Positions 37,541 through 47,134 are shown, counted from the first letter of the stretch. The stretch: 64,000 bases of DNA from an uncultured virus (IMG/VR IMGVR_UViG_2636415949_000001) (IMGVR_UViG_2636415949_000001); one strand, 5' to 3'. Numbers and translations: made by a program. The notes: generated by a model not told the origin, from the letters alone.

Positions 37541-37730
37541 GTAGATCGTCTCCTTTAGTTTCGATTAGATATCCGAAGTAGGTAAGCGCCGTGTTAAAAC
37601 CGATCTGATACGCGCGTCCGCTGTCCTGAAATAGCGCCATCGGTCGTTGGTATAGGTCGAGGATCTGCGCTTTTTGTTGCGCCGTTAATGGCGGCGTATC
37701 CGACCACAGGCGTCTTATATCAAGCGTCAT
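37527..37730 (-). CDS. Hypothetical protein
   Basis: AAGGCGGTG RBS before ATG 37730. Confidence 0.55.
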   Translation of the reverse strand: MTLDIRRLWSDTPPLTAQQKAQILDLYQRPMALFQDSGRAYQIGFNTALTYFGYLIETKGDDLHENG

Positions 37731-37893
37731 TTTCCACACCGCCTTTCCGACGTAAGAGCAGAAGGACAAAAAACACGATCGCCGATCCGATTCCGATATA
37801 ATCGAGCGCGGAAAGCTTGGCGAAATTCATGCTCGCGATCCATGAGACAAGGACGACAATTAGCAAAATTTCCGTGGTATTAATCCGTTTCAT
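37720..37893 (-). CDS. Small two-TM membrane protein, 57 aa (not in ORF track)
   Basis: MKRINTTEILLIVVLVSW...AIVFFVLLLLRRK. Confidence 0.55.
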   Translation of the reverse strand: MKRINTTEILLIVVLVSWIASMNFAKLSALDYIGIGSAIVFFVLLLLRRKGGVENDA

Positions 37894-37935
37894 ACGTGGT
37901 ATAATTGATTGACAGGGGCTTTCGCCCCCGTTGGA

Positions 37936-38082
37936 TTATGTGCGGCGACGGTGTTTCTTGGTCGGAAGCCGTCGCTCTTTTGCTTTCGCCTCTTTGCGCA
38001 TCTTGCGAAGTTCTAGCGATAGTTTGAAAATCGCTAACCAAGTGCCTAGGAGCGCTGAAAGCTTTACGATGATGTCAATCAA
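37936..38082 (-). CDS. 48-aa hydrophobic peptide with basic tail (toxin-like; not in ORF track)
   Basis: AAAGGAGGTGA RBS; MIDIIVKLSALLGTWLAIFKLSLELRKMRKEAKAKERRLPTKKHRRRT. Confidence 0.7.
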   Translation of the reverse strand: MIDIIVKLSALLGTWLAIFKLSLELRKMRKEAKAKERRLPTKKHRRRT

Positions 38083-38188
38083 TTTACCGTTCACCTCCTT
38101 TCGTTACTTTAATTATATCGCATAAACGTTATAACGTCAATACGTTATTGATAAAAATATCGTTTTTACGTTATAATAATCGTAGGAG

Positions 38189-38428
38189 GTGGCGGAAATG
38201 ATCGCAAAAATAAAGGTAGGCGAGGCGTTAAAGCGCTCGGGCAAGACGCAGGGCGAACTCGCTGAACTAACCGGAATCCGTCCGAATACAATAAGTGAAT
38301 TAGTCCGCGGACATAGAGAACGTATCCAGCTCGACCATCTCAGCCGGATTGCGGCGGCGTTGAATATAAAAGACATACGTGAACTGATCGATCTTGTAGA
38401 CGAAGAAAACGGAGGCGCTGACGAATAG
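38189..38428 (+). CDS. XRE-family HTH regulator
   Basis: TQGELAELTGIRPNTISEL; TTGATA-17-TATAAT promoter; divergent from the minus-strand block. Confidence 0.88.
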   Translation: MAEMIAKIKVGEALKRSGKTQGELAELTGIRPNTISELVRGHRERIQLDHLSRIAAALNIKDIRELIDLVDEENGGADE

Positions 38429-38494
38429 TTGGCGTCTTTTTTCGTGGGTTCGTTTAGTCTGCGATTCTCAATTACGATAATCTAAATGATAATG

Positions 38495-38545
38495 AACACG
38501 ACTTTATTCGTACAAATCGGGCAAAAACACGACTTTATTCGTACA
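38495..38545. repeat. Perfect 20-bp direct repeat AACACGACTTTATTCGTACA x2 (31-bp period)
   Basis: Copies at 38495-38514 and 38526-38545. Confidence 0.9.
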
Positions 38546-39848
38546 CCCGAAAAGTGGGTTCACGCTTAGAGCCGCAAGGGATACAGCCGTTTTAGTCCGC
38601 CAATCACTTCTTAGTCTTGTGAGTCACGAGCCTCCGGAACTACGGCTCCGCCTTCGTCCGGGGTTAACGCAATCAATATATCTATTAATATCTGCGCGTA
38701 TGTAGGGAACGAAGTGACCGGAATTAGCGCTATGTTTAAGTACAAGCGGAAGATATCCGTTAATAGAACGTTAACCTAACGAAATAAATAACGGAAGGGC
38801 AACGATAATACCGTATAATTTACCTCGATATGCTGTCTTACGTAATAGAAGGACGTAACATACCGTATAACCTAGCGATAGGCAGGCGGGATATAGCCGG
38901 CACACGTACGCTATATGTAACACCGTATAGGCATACGTATAGTTATATAGGAAGGAAGGCGGCGGAGAGGCGTCCGGTTGCGATGCGTGATGAGGCGGAC
39001 AGCAACGAGCCACTGCCGGAGGATGAGCCTTTCCGAAACTCACGGGGTCAAACCGAATGACCAACGCAATATGCACGATCCTATACATAGCATACGGCAC
39101 AGGGCATGCGGCAGGGTGCAGGCGTGGTGCGGGTTCTCCAATGCATAAACAATGTACGTTTAATTGCGATGGGTAAACGATGACGAACGTTATCATATCA
39201 ACGTTTGTCTATTGATTCGAATGTAACTCAATTTACTTCTGTTAAATTCGTTATTCATAAATATGTATTTAATATACGATGACCCAAACGAAGAATCGCG
39301 GAAACGCCGGGCCCCCAACCGCCCCCAAAAATACCGGCGCGACTGCTGTCCGGAACTTGCGCACAATTTTTCGAACTCGGGGCGTCAACTAAACGGAGGT
39401 GATCGTGTTGTACATACAGATTCGCAGTCTTACGGACAAAGAAAAAGAATATTTGCGCGAAAGGTTTTCGGAACTTCTCGAAGGGGCTGACGAGCTTAAA
39501 GTCTCGGTACATTGCGATGACTCATGCGGACGTGCTATTCCGTATAAAACGACGTGTTTTGAGATATTGGAATGGTGTCCGAAATGATAAACGAAGGTGT
39601 AGACGTTGCCTCATAAATGCGACGTTTGCGAAAAAGATGACGAAGTAGACTACGATGATATTAACGATCGTCATATGTGCGAGCGATGTTGGGACGCATA
39701 TTACGAGGCTTGTTATTCCGGCGGCTTAACATAACGATTATTCCACGAAATAAGCGCGTCGCAGCCGTTTTAATCCAGCCGGAGGGTATTCGGTAAGGTG
39801 AACGTTAGAAACGCTAATTTCGTGTGATTTCGAAGGGAGGACGAAAGA

Positions 39849-40130
39849 GTGGCGAAATATCGTAAAAAGCCGATTGAAATAGAAGCGGTAAAATTCGAGG
39901 ATACGGCGCATTCAATCACTGATATTTCGAACTTGGCCGGCGGAAGGACGATCGTATACAGTTACCAGAGTGAATATCCGACTTTAACGATTCAGACTTT
40001 AGAGGGAGATATGACCGCGCAAGTTGGCGATTACATTATTCGCGGCATTAAGGGCGAACTTTACCCGTGCAAGCCGGACATTTTCGAAAAGACTTACGAA
40101 AGGGTGAACGAATCGAATGGCGGAATTTAA
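39849..40130 (+). CDS. Conserved phage protein (YRKKP.IEA...TLEGDM...GDYIIRG.KGE.YPCKPDIF)
   Basis: Recognisable widespread phage family motif; GGGAGG RBS. Confidence 0.8.
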   Translation: MAKYRKKPIEIEAVKFEDTAHSITDISNLAGGRTIVYSYQSEYPTLTIQTLEGDMTAQVGDYIIRGIKGELYPCKPDIFEKTYERVNESNGGI

Positions 40131-40390
40131 AACGTTAAAAGAAATCGTCGAGCAGCTTAAAGATTGTGGATATGAATGCGAGGCAGGACCGTTAGTCAAT
40201 AACGTAGCTTTTCAAAAGCTTGTGGAATTAGCGGGGGTTTCGGTTGAGTCTGGAGAGGAAATTTACTTCGTCCGTTAATATACGGGCAAATCAGGCGTAT
40301 ATTACGCGGTTAAGACTTGCGTTCGACATTCGAAAGGGTTTATAACCCGACGGTCGACTTAGCCTACGTGAGTCCAACGCAATCAGAACG

Positions 40391-40422
40391 AGGCTTCCGC
40401 ACCCTACGGCGGAGGTCTTTTT
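40391..40422 (+). terminator. Intrinsic terminator
   Basis: AGGCTTCCGC-loop-GCGGAGGTCT followed by a T-tract. Confidence 0.7.
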
Positions 40423-40532
40423 GTGCTTGCGTTTTACTGATCAGTCGGAATGTGCTTCCGAGCCTTCCGGTGACGCTAGCGCACCCACCGACACGCCTCT
40501 TAACAATGCGGACCCCGGTCGGTGTGGCAAAT

Positions 40533-40591
40533 AGGGGCGCATGTTCCTCGGTGGCGAATTATTTGGGCAGGTTCGATCCCTGCCGCCCCTG
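40533..40591 (+). ncRNA. tRNA-like element lacking the anticodon arm (tRNA-Trp-like remnant)
   Basis: Acceptor AGGGGCG/CGCCCCT plus G; T-arm GCAGG-TTCGATC-CCTGC; D-like arm; only about 9 nt where the anticodon and variable arms belong. Confidence 0.65.
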
Positions 40592-40647
40592 TAAAAGCGG
40601 GTTTCACGATGAAGCGCGCTTTGAGAAACGAAAAGGAGACGATGTGA

Positions 40648-41253
40648 ATGGCGGACAAACGCGAATCAACAGGAAATTCAGAAATGGCGAGGGTAGATTC
40701 TTATTCCTTATCAGACGGATATCAAGCTCCAAAATTCAGCCTAGAATCTCAAACCGGAAATATTTACGCAACAGGCGACGTTAGCGTAAAAGTAGCCGTA
40801 GAGGTATCAGAAGCTATAACCGGCCTCAAAGCGCTACAGCGCGAAGCAAAGGCGGCGACACAGGCGCTAGCTGAATTGCGCGAGGAGCAGGCGAAACGCA
40901 AGGGCGTTCCCTCAACTGTTTACGAGGAGTATATTGAAAATGTAAGACGATTAGCTGGCGATTGGTACTCGGAGGAATTTCGATTAGCGAACGACATTAT
41001 TTACGGCGCTTACTCTTCAGGCGCAGAAGGTGAAGTCTACATTGGTCGAGGGATGGGAACAAGCACGTCAATCCGGGCATTAGAAAATACGTTTAAAGAT
41101 GTTGTTTATCTATCTGTAGAAACCCAAAGAAACGCGCCGAATTTAAACGGAAAAGTAGTTTTTGTAGATCCGGGTGTCAGTGTTCCGAGAGGACAGAGAA
41201 TCAAGCGGTTATTAAAAATCTCTTGTGTAGATGGAAATGGAGTTCCGTGTTAA
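40648..41253 (+). CDS. Hypothetical phage protein
   Basis: AAAGGAG RBS; EAITGLKALQREAK coiled coil. Confidence 0.7.
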   Translation: MADKRESTGNSEMARVDSYSLSDGYQAPKFSLESQTGNIYATGDVSVKVAVEVSEAITGLKALQREAKAATQALAELREEQAKRKGVPSTVYEEYIENVRRLAGDWYSEEFRLANDIIYGAYSSGAEGEVYIGRGMGTSTSIRALENTFKDVVYLSVETQRNAPNLNGKVVFVDPGVSVPRGQRIKRLLKISCVDGNGVPC

Positions 41254-41549
41254 TGGAGTTCGTAGTTATGATAGTCGATACACCGGAGCAAGCCAGATTT
41301 CTCGAAAATATTTTTAGAGATGTCGACAACAAGCGTATTTATTTCCGAGCTTTAGCTGTTGGTCAGGCAGCCGTCGGTTGGCAACATAAAGGAACGCGTC
41401 CAACTAAGGTTATAGTAGCGTACAGGGAACTTACAACCGATCGAGAGAAGCGGTGGGAGCGAGAGGTCGTCAGAAATATCGGATATAAAGACACGCATCC
41501 GACGAAGAAGACGAAGTGGATAAAGTTAAACGGAGGCGATCGCCTATGA
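41253..41549 (+). CDS. Hypothetical protein
   Basis: TAATG coupling. Confidence 0.55.
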   Translation: MEFVVMIVDTPEQARFLENIFRDVDNKRIYFRALAVGQAAVGWQHKGTRPTKVIVAYRELTTDREKRWEREVVRNIGYKDTHPTKKTKWIKLNGGDRL

Positions 41550-41764
41550 CGAATAAGCAAATGGAATCCCACTGCGCCCCGTCTAATTGTTCGCGCCATT
41601 TCGAAGTATGCGATTGCAAGTCGATGTGTCTGCTGCGGTATGGAGCAGAAATACGGAAGCGGCAGGAAGAAGTCGCAGCCGCAGCCGGCGTATACGAAAA
41701 AAGACGGGCACACCTACGTTGGCTGCGGCTCAAACGTTGGGGCGCCCGTCGTCTTATAGATTAA
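41546..41764 (+). CDS. Small Cys-rich basic protein
   Basis: GGAGG RBS, ATGA overlap. Confidence 0.5.
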   Translation: MTNKQMESHCAPSNCSRHFEVCDCKSMCLLRYGAEIRKRQEEVAAAAGVYEKRRAHLRWLRLKRWGARRLID

Positions 41765-42302
41765 CATTCGCGTATACTTCGTCGATCCGGTCCTGATTGA
41801 TTCCGATATATCTCAACGTGACCGACTGCTTCGAGTGGTTGAAAATCGATTGAAGTAGCGTAAGATCTGTGCCGTTCTTGTACGCGTGGTAGCCGAAAGT
41901 CTTACGCAACGAATGGCAGCCGATTGTGCCGAGCTTCTCCGAAAGGCCTGCGCGCTCAATAGCTTCGTTAAGAATCCCGTAAGCACGGACGCGGGTAATA
42001 GCTTTCGAACCTTTCCGAGAAGGGAAAAGCCAGTCGTCGTCGTTTGCTTCGGCCGGAATCAGGTCAGCAACGGCTTTCTTGATTGCGGCATTGAAGAAGA
42101 AACGTTTTGACTTCTTCGTTTTCCCTTCCGTAATCGCAACGAAGTCCTTTCCGCGCACATCACCGACTTTGAGTGCGAGTATATCGGAAATACGTAGGCC
42201 GGAATTAATGCCGAGCGTAAATAAAAGCAGATCACGCCCGCGAAGGGCTTTTTTTATTGCGTTTATTTGGCGTTTTTCTCTAATCGGTTGGACTTCGTTC
42301 AT
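41754..42302 (-). CDS. Short tyrosine recombinase (catalytic domain only)
   Basis: SGLRISD, EGKTKK, HSLRKTFGY, FNHS, TLRYIG. Confidence 0.9.
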   Translation of the reverse strand: MNEVQPIREKRQINAIKKALRGRDLLLFTLGINSGLRISDILALKVGDVRGKDFVAITEGKTKKSKRFFFNAAIKKAVADLIPAEANDDDWLFPSRKGSKAITRVRAYGILNEAIERAGLSEKLGTIGCHSLRKTFGYHAYKNGTDLTLLQSIFNHSKQSVTLRYIGINQDRIDEVYANVNL

Positions 42303-42384
42303 TCGAATTTCACTCCGTTCTCAATATGTTAAATTCATATTAACGAAATTAAAAACGAATGTCAAGCGAAAGGAGGGCGATAAT

Positions 42385-44139
42385 TTGGCGTATATTAACG
42401 GAAAATGGTTGGATCGTGAAGAGCGACAGGAGCGTATCGACTTATTGATCGAGAGTGTGCGCCGATTAGCGGCCCTCATTAAAGCGAAAAAAGCCACCGA
42501 TTACCATATCGATATGTTCCGGAAGAACAAGGCCGAATTAATTAAGCTGAAGCGTGTTCATCGTGCTGAGGTGGATATCGCATATTTCACCTACGAGTAT
42601 TTGAGCGACGGCCTAAATCCGGAAAACGAGGATAATGTCGTAAGGAACTCTGATGACGGGACGCCCCATGATGGCATTGAAGATATCGCGAAGATACACG
42701 AAGAGTTTTTTGAGCTTTGCGATTACGTCAACGAAGAAAAAAGGAATGCGCGTCTTGCAATCGCGGCAGCTCGGGGCCACTCAAAGTCCGGAATGTTTTC
42801 GAACGCTTTGCCGTTACACCAAGCGGCTTATAGAAAGCGCAAATATATCCTCGTGATATCAGAGACGGATTCGCTATCGAAAAAGCTCATCGGATGGGTT
42901 AACAAGCAAATGAAATTTAACGCCAAGCTCCGGGAAGACTTCGGGCCTATGATGCACGAGTCGGCAAGCCGCAACGAAAAGGATAACGAAGAGGCGTTCA
43001 TTACAACGACGAATATCCTTATCGAGTCGTCATCCTCGGGTAAGCAGCTTCGCGGTAAGCGTCACGGAGCTGTCCGGCCGGATCTCGTAATAATTGACGA
43101 CCCGTCATCGACAAACAACGAAGGAACCAAGGAAGCACGTGAAAAGCTCGTTCATTGGTTTAACTCGGTCGTTGTTCCGATCGGGTCTAAGGCGACGGCA
43201 ATCGTGTTAGTCGGGACAATGGTTTCGGCGACCGGGCTTCTTAACCACGTTCTGAAGCGTAAGGATTTCAAGGCGAGCTTTCACGGAGCGATCATAAGCG
43301 AGCCAACACACCCGGAATTATGGGACAAATACTGCGAGGTCTATGCGAGAGCAGAAACGATCGAAGAGGCTGACGAATTTTACGAAGCGCATAAAGAGGC
43401 GTTGGAGGACGGCGTCGAACTGGCGTGGCCTTGGCGCTGGACCTATCGCGAGCTTATGCACGAAAAAGTAAACATGGGAACGCGCGCATACAATTCGGAA
43501 TTCCGAAACTTGGCTTTCAGTGAAGACGAGCAGTTTTTCTTTCCGGATAACTACGCTTATTATCACTACTACCACGAGAACGGAACAGCATACGTCGTGT
43601 ACAACGAATTAAAAATACCGGTCAGCGATCTTCTAATTGTTGGCGCGTGGGATATCGCGCAGGGTAAGAATGCGAGGTCTTGCTACAACTCGGTTATTAC
43701 GCTCGGCAAACACGAGCCGACCGGATACATTTTCGTACTCGATGAATACGCGTCGAAGGAGCCGGCTCACGTATACATTGACGTCATTATTCGGAAAATC
43801 AAACAATATCGGCACCGTTCCTTCAACGTCGAAACAATAAACGCGCAGCACGAATACTATCGTCAGCTTCAAGAGCGGGTCCGGCAGGAAGGTCTTTATA
43901 CGTGCCGCGTGAACGATGTGAAATCGCATAAGTCTTCGAAAGACGAGCGTATTCAGTCGATGGAGCCGATGCTTCATAACAAAACGCTAATTCTGAACGA
44001 TAGGCATACGATGCTTCTCGATCAGATGGCGCAGTATCCTTTCGGCGATTACGTTGATTCACTCGACGCGCTTCAACAGGCGCTCGAATCCGTATTCAGG
44101 CCGAAAACAAGGCTAGTGAAGAAGCCGGGATGGCTATAA
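42385..44139 (+). CDS. terL: Terminase large subunit
   Basis: ARGHSKS Walker A, RPDLVIIDD, LVGT, GAWDIA, D.LDALQQA; AAGGAGG RBS before TTG 42385. Confidence 0.92.
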   Translation: MAYINGKWLDREERQERIDLLIESVRRLAALIKAKKATDYHIDMFRKNKAELIKLKRVHRAEVDIAYFTYEYLSDGLNPENEDNVVRNSDDGTPHDGIEDIAKIHEEFFELCDYVNEEKRNARLAIAAARGHSKSGMFSNALPLHQAAYRKRKYILVISETDSLSKKLIGWVNKQMKFNAKLREDFGPMMHESASRNEKDNEEAFITTTNILIESSSSGKQLRGKRHGAVRPDLVIIDDPSSTNNEGTKEAREKLVHWFNSVVVPIGSKATAIVLVGTMVSATGLLNHVLKRKDFKASFHGAIISEPTHPELWDKYCEVYARAETIEEADEFYEAHKEALEDGVELAWPWRWTYRELMHEKVNMGTRAYNSEFRNLAFSEDEQFFFPDNYAYYHYYHENGTAYVVYNELKIPVSDLLIVGAWDIAQGKNARSCYNSVITLGKHEPTGYIFVLDEYASKEPAHVYIDVIIRKIKQYRHRSFNVETINAQHEYYRQLQERVRQEGLYTCRVNDVKSHKSSKDERIQSMEPMLHNKTLILNDRHTMLLDQMAQYPFGDYVDSLDALQQALESVFRPKTRLVKKPGWL

Positions 44140-44155
44140 GAAAGGAGGCGATAAA

Positions 44156-44587
44156 ATGTCGCGGATGAAAGAGCTCGAAGCAAAACTAACGCTTCAGCAA
44201 CGTAAGGCAGCGCAAGTCGTTGCGAGTAATGAAGTCACGCCCGAAGACGGGAACAAACGAAGCCAGGACGCGCTGGCCGAAGAAATCGGGGTAAGTCGCA
44301 TGACGCTTTATCGATGGCGGTTTCAAAATCCGATATTCATCGAATACATGAACCTATTAGCGGACGACATGCTTTCCGGGCACCGGTCCGAAGTATACGG
44401 GCAGCTCCTAAAGCTGATAAAAGGACCGCAGCCTTCAGTTAAAGCTATCGACTTGTTCATGCGTCGTCACGGATTGTTGACCGATCGTCAGATAACGACC
44501 AATGAAGCAGACGGAGGCGCCCGCAGTAACGAAGATATCGAGAAGGAACTCGAAGAACTGGCTGACATTATCGGAGAGGAGGAATAG
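44156..44587 (+). CDS. HTH protein, probable terminase small subunit
   Basis: SQDALAEEIGVSRMTLYRWR; between terL and portal. Confidence 0.65.
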   Translation: MSRMKELEAKLTLQQRKAAQVVASNEVTPEDGNKRSQDALAEEIGVSRMTLYRWRFQNPIFIEYMNLLADDMLSGHRSEVYGQLLKLIKGPQPSVKAIDLFMRRHGLLTDRQITTNEADGGARSNEDIEKELEELADIIGEEE

Positions 44588-44589
44588 CG

Positions 44590-46221
44590 TTGGGGTTTTT
44601 CAACTTACTAAAGAAACACGACCAGCCTTCGGATGAATACACAGTCAAAAAGACATACAGTATCATTCGGGAAGGCGCGCAATTTCCTCCGGATGATTCA
44701 ATCGAGAGGTTGGCGAAGTATAAGCGTATGCGTAAGCTCTTCGAGGGAAAGCACCGAGACGTGTACGAAAGGGCTACGGACATTTTAAAAGATTCGCCAC
44801 AATCGAAACAGCTCGAAAAGCTCTACATCGCGGTTAATCTGGCGGACATACTCGTCACCAAGCCCGCGGATATGCTCGTCGGAGAGCCTGTTCATTTTGA
44901 GAGCGGGCTGGATGACACTAGCAAAGAGCAAACAGCGCTCAACAGGTACGTAGAAGAAAACGACCTCAATCAACTGCTGCACGAGAGTGCCATGTCGAAC
45001 GGGTATCGCGGTGACGCTTGGATTAAGGTTCGATTTGGATACCGTCAAGACTACTCCGAACTCATTTCGATGGGATTAGGTATTCCAGAAGAAGCGAAAA
45101 TGGAGTCCGTTGTTGAGCATGTTAATGCGAATTGCGTTTTCCCTGAGTTTTCAGCCGGAAATGTTAAGCAGATTAAAGCGGTCAATATAGCCCAAGTCGA
45201 ATGGGTAGAGACGGAGCAGACGGAAATTCCTTTCTTAAACGTAGAGCGCCATATACCGGGACATATCTTTTATACGCGCTACAGACTATATCAGAATGGC
45301 GTCGATGTTTCAGGCGGCGCCCCAATCAGCGTTTTCAATATAGGCGAAGAGGTGCCAACGGGTCGTGAAGAAGATCACGAAGAAACGTTCATCCCGCACA
45401 TTCCGGTCTTTCACATACCTTATAAATCAATCGATGACAGCTATTTCGGTATTGGCGGATTGGAGAAGATCGAAACGGTATTCGCAGCGATCAACGACCG
45501 GCTTGTTCAGATCGATTATATTCTTTGGAAACACAGTGACCCTACAGCGTATGGCCCAGATTTAGAAACGACTAACGGAGCCGTGCAGTTTGGTGGCAAA
45601 TACATTCCGGTAAATAAAGACGACCCGACGCCCGGATATATGGTGTGGCAGGCTCAGCTTGATGCCGCGTTCAAACAGCTCGACATGCTATTGAGTATTG
45701 TCTTTCAGATGTCTGAGACTCCGCAATGGCTTTTCGGAACAACAATGTCCGGAGATAATTCTGGTGGGACCGGGACTTCGCATACAGACGGCGCGGCGAT
45801 AAAAGCTCGATTCATGCCTATACTTTCGAAAATAAAACGTATTCGCGCCCATTACGATAAAGCGATACGCGATGCTCTTTGGACGTGTATGCTGCTCGAA
45901 AAAGCAGTCGGTGTCATCGACGTTGAAAATGCGGTTTATCCACGGGCTATTTGGAGCGACGGACTTCCGAAGAATGAAAAAGAGCTCGCTGAGATTATGC
46001 AAATCCGCACAGGCGGCAAGCCTACGATTGATGTTCGCGGAGCCATTAAACAGCAGGACGATGTGGACGACGAAAAAGCTGACGAAATCATTCGCCGCAT
46101 TGAAGAAGACGAAAAAACGACGAGCGGCTTTGTTGACGGATCGATTTTCAACAAGGAAGAACCGGAAAAGAGCCCCTCGGACGAGGATAAAGAGGAAATC
46201 GAAGAGGAGGACGATAGTTAA
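44590..46221 (+). CDS. Portal protein (SPP1/A118-like)
   Basis: 543 aa after terminase; acidic C-terminal tail. Confidence 0.85.
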   Translation: MGFFNLLKKHDQPSDEYTVKKTYSIIREGAQFPPDDSIERLAKYKRMRKLFEGKHRDVYERATDILKDSPQSKQLEKLYIAVNLADILVTKPADMLVGEPVHFESGLDDTSKEQTALNRYVEENDLNQLLHESAMSNGYRGDAWIKVRFGYRQDYSELISMGLGIPEEAKMESVVEHVNANCVFPEFSAGNVKQIKAVNIAQVEWVETEQTEIPFLNVERHIPGHIFYTRYRLYQNGVDVSGGAPISVFNIGEEVPTGREEDHEETFIPHIPVFHIPYKSIDDSYFGIGGLEKIETVFAAINDRLVQIDYILWKHSDPTAYGPDLETTNGAVQFGGKYIPVNKDDPTPGYMVWQAQLDAAFKQLDMLLSIVFQMSETPQWLFGTTMSGDNSGGTGTSHTDGAAIKARFMPILSKIKRIRAHYDKAIRDALWTCMLLEKAVGVIDVENAVYPRAIWSDGLPKNEKELAEIMQIRTGGKPTIDVRGAIKQQDDVDDEKADEIIRRIEEDEKTTSGFVDGSIFNKEEPEKSPSDEDKEEIEEEDDS

Positions 46222-47045
46222 TGCCTCGCTCTACTGAGCCTCAATACGATTATCAGACGAATCGGCTTGCCGGGTATTATCAGGAAGCTGTACGGGACAT
46301 TTTGGCCGAGCTTGAACGAATTGACCTCGATAATTTTCGAAGGGCTAACGCGTTGGCGACCTTGAAATCTATTAGCGAGATCCTCAGCGATTTAGACGAA
46401 AAATCTTCCGCATGGGTCAAAAAGAATGTTCCGAAAGCGGCCACCGATGGCATTGCGCGAGCACTGGTCGCTCTGGACGTAGCAAAGACGGTGGCGGGCG
46501 CGGAAAAGGTCGTTGCTTTTAACGAGGTAAACGAGTACATGGTTGCGGCTGCTGTAGCGGATACGCAGTCGGATTTATTAGCAATTACGCAAAACGTCGA
46601 TAGGAAGACGCGGGCCGCCGTGAGGAAAGCCGTTTCGGATTCGATGCGGCTTAATATGACCAAAGGGACGAACGGACGGCGGAGCATAACGGATCTGGTG
46701 CGCAAGTCTCTTCGGGCTTCGGTGAATACCGGCATTATTGACGCGAGGGGAAATCGATGGAAGCCGGAAGTGTATGCGGACATGGTCGTCCGTACAAAGA
46801 TGATGGAAACCTACCGGGAAGCTCATACGAATGAGGCGGTAAGCCGCGGAGCTTATTATGCGCAAATTTCGTCGCACGGAGCGAAGGATCTATGCCGTCT
46901 CCACGAGGGACAAATCATTAAGCTGACCGACGACGCTCCCGGCAATTATCCGACATATGACGAACTCAAAGCGACCGGTGAGATATTTCATCCGCGTTGT
47001 AAGCACGTAATTTCCACAATAAGAAACCCATCAAGCGCCGTGTAG
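46221..47045 (+). CDS. Minor capsid / head morphogenesis protein
   Basis: DARGNRW...Y.DMVVRT, SSHG...C, FHPRCKH. Confidence 0.8.
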   Translation: MPRSTEPQYDYQTNRLAGYYQEAVRDILAELERIDLDNFRRANALATLKSISEILSDLDEKSSAWVKKNVPKAATDGIARALVALDVAKTVAGAEKVVAFNEVNEYMVAAAVADTQSDLLAITQNVDRKTRAAVRKAVSDSMRLNMTKGTNGRRSITDLVRKSLRASVNTGIIDARGNRWKPEVYADMVVRTKMMETYREAHTNEAVSRGAYYAQISSHGAKDLCRLHEGQIIKLTDDAPGNYPTYDELKATGEIFHPRCKHVISTIRNPSSAV

Positions 47046-47134
47046 CGCTTTTTATTTTGTCCGAACGTTATGACGTTAAAAGAAACGGCTGCATCACTCA
47101 ATAGCCGACGGGCTTTAAGCGGTGGAGGGACTGT

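Noticed and set aside
38461..38495. Fur-box-like GATAAT repeats
   Set aside because: No full TGATAATnATTATCA inverted repeat and no iron-related gene nearby
38495..38545. Possible mini CRISPR array
   Set aside because: Only two 20-bp repeats with an 11-bp spacer; no cas genes (the 19378 nuclease sits in the replication module)
39402..39430. TTCGCAGTCT resembling motif A
   Set aside because: No GTCC element at the 19-nt offset, and it lies inside a likely ORF
40317..40784. 155-aa ORF across the structured region
   Set aside because: No RBS; spans a terminator and the tRNA-like element; overlaps the better-supported 40648 gene
42079..42384. N-terminal extension of terL in the ORF track
   Set aside because: It is the antisense shadow of the recombinase; the RBS supports TTG at 42385
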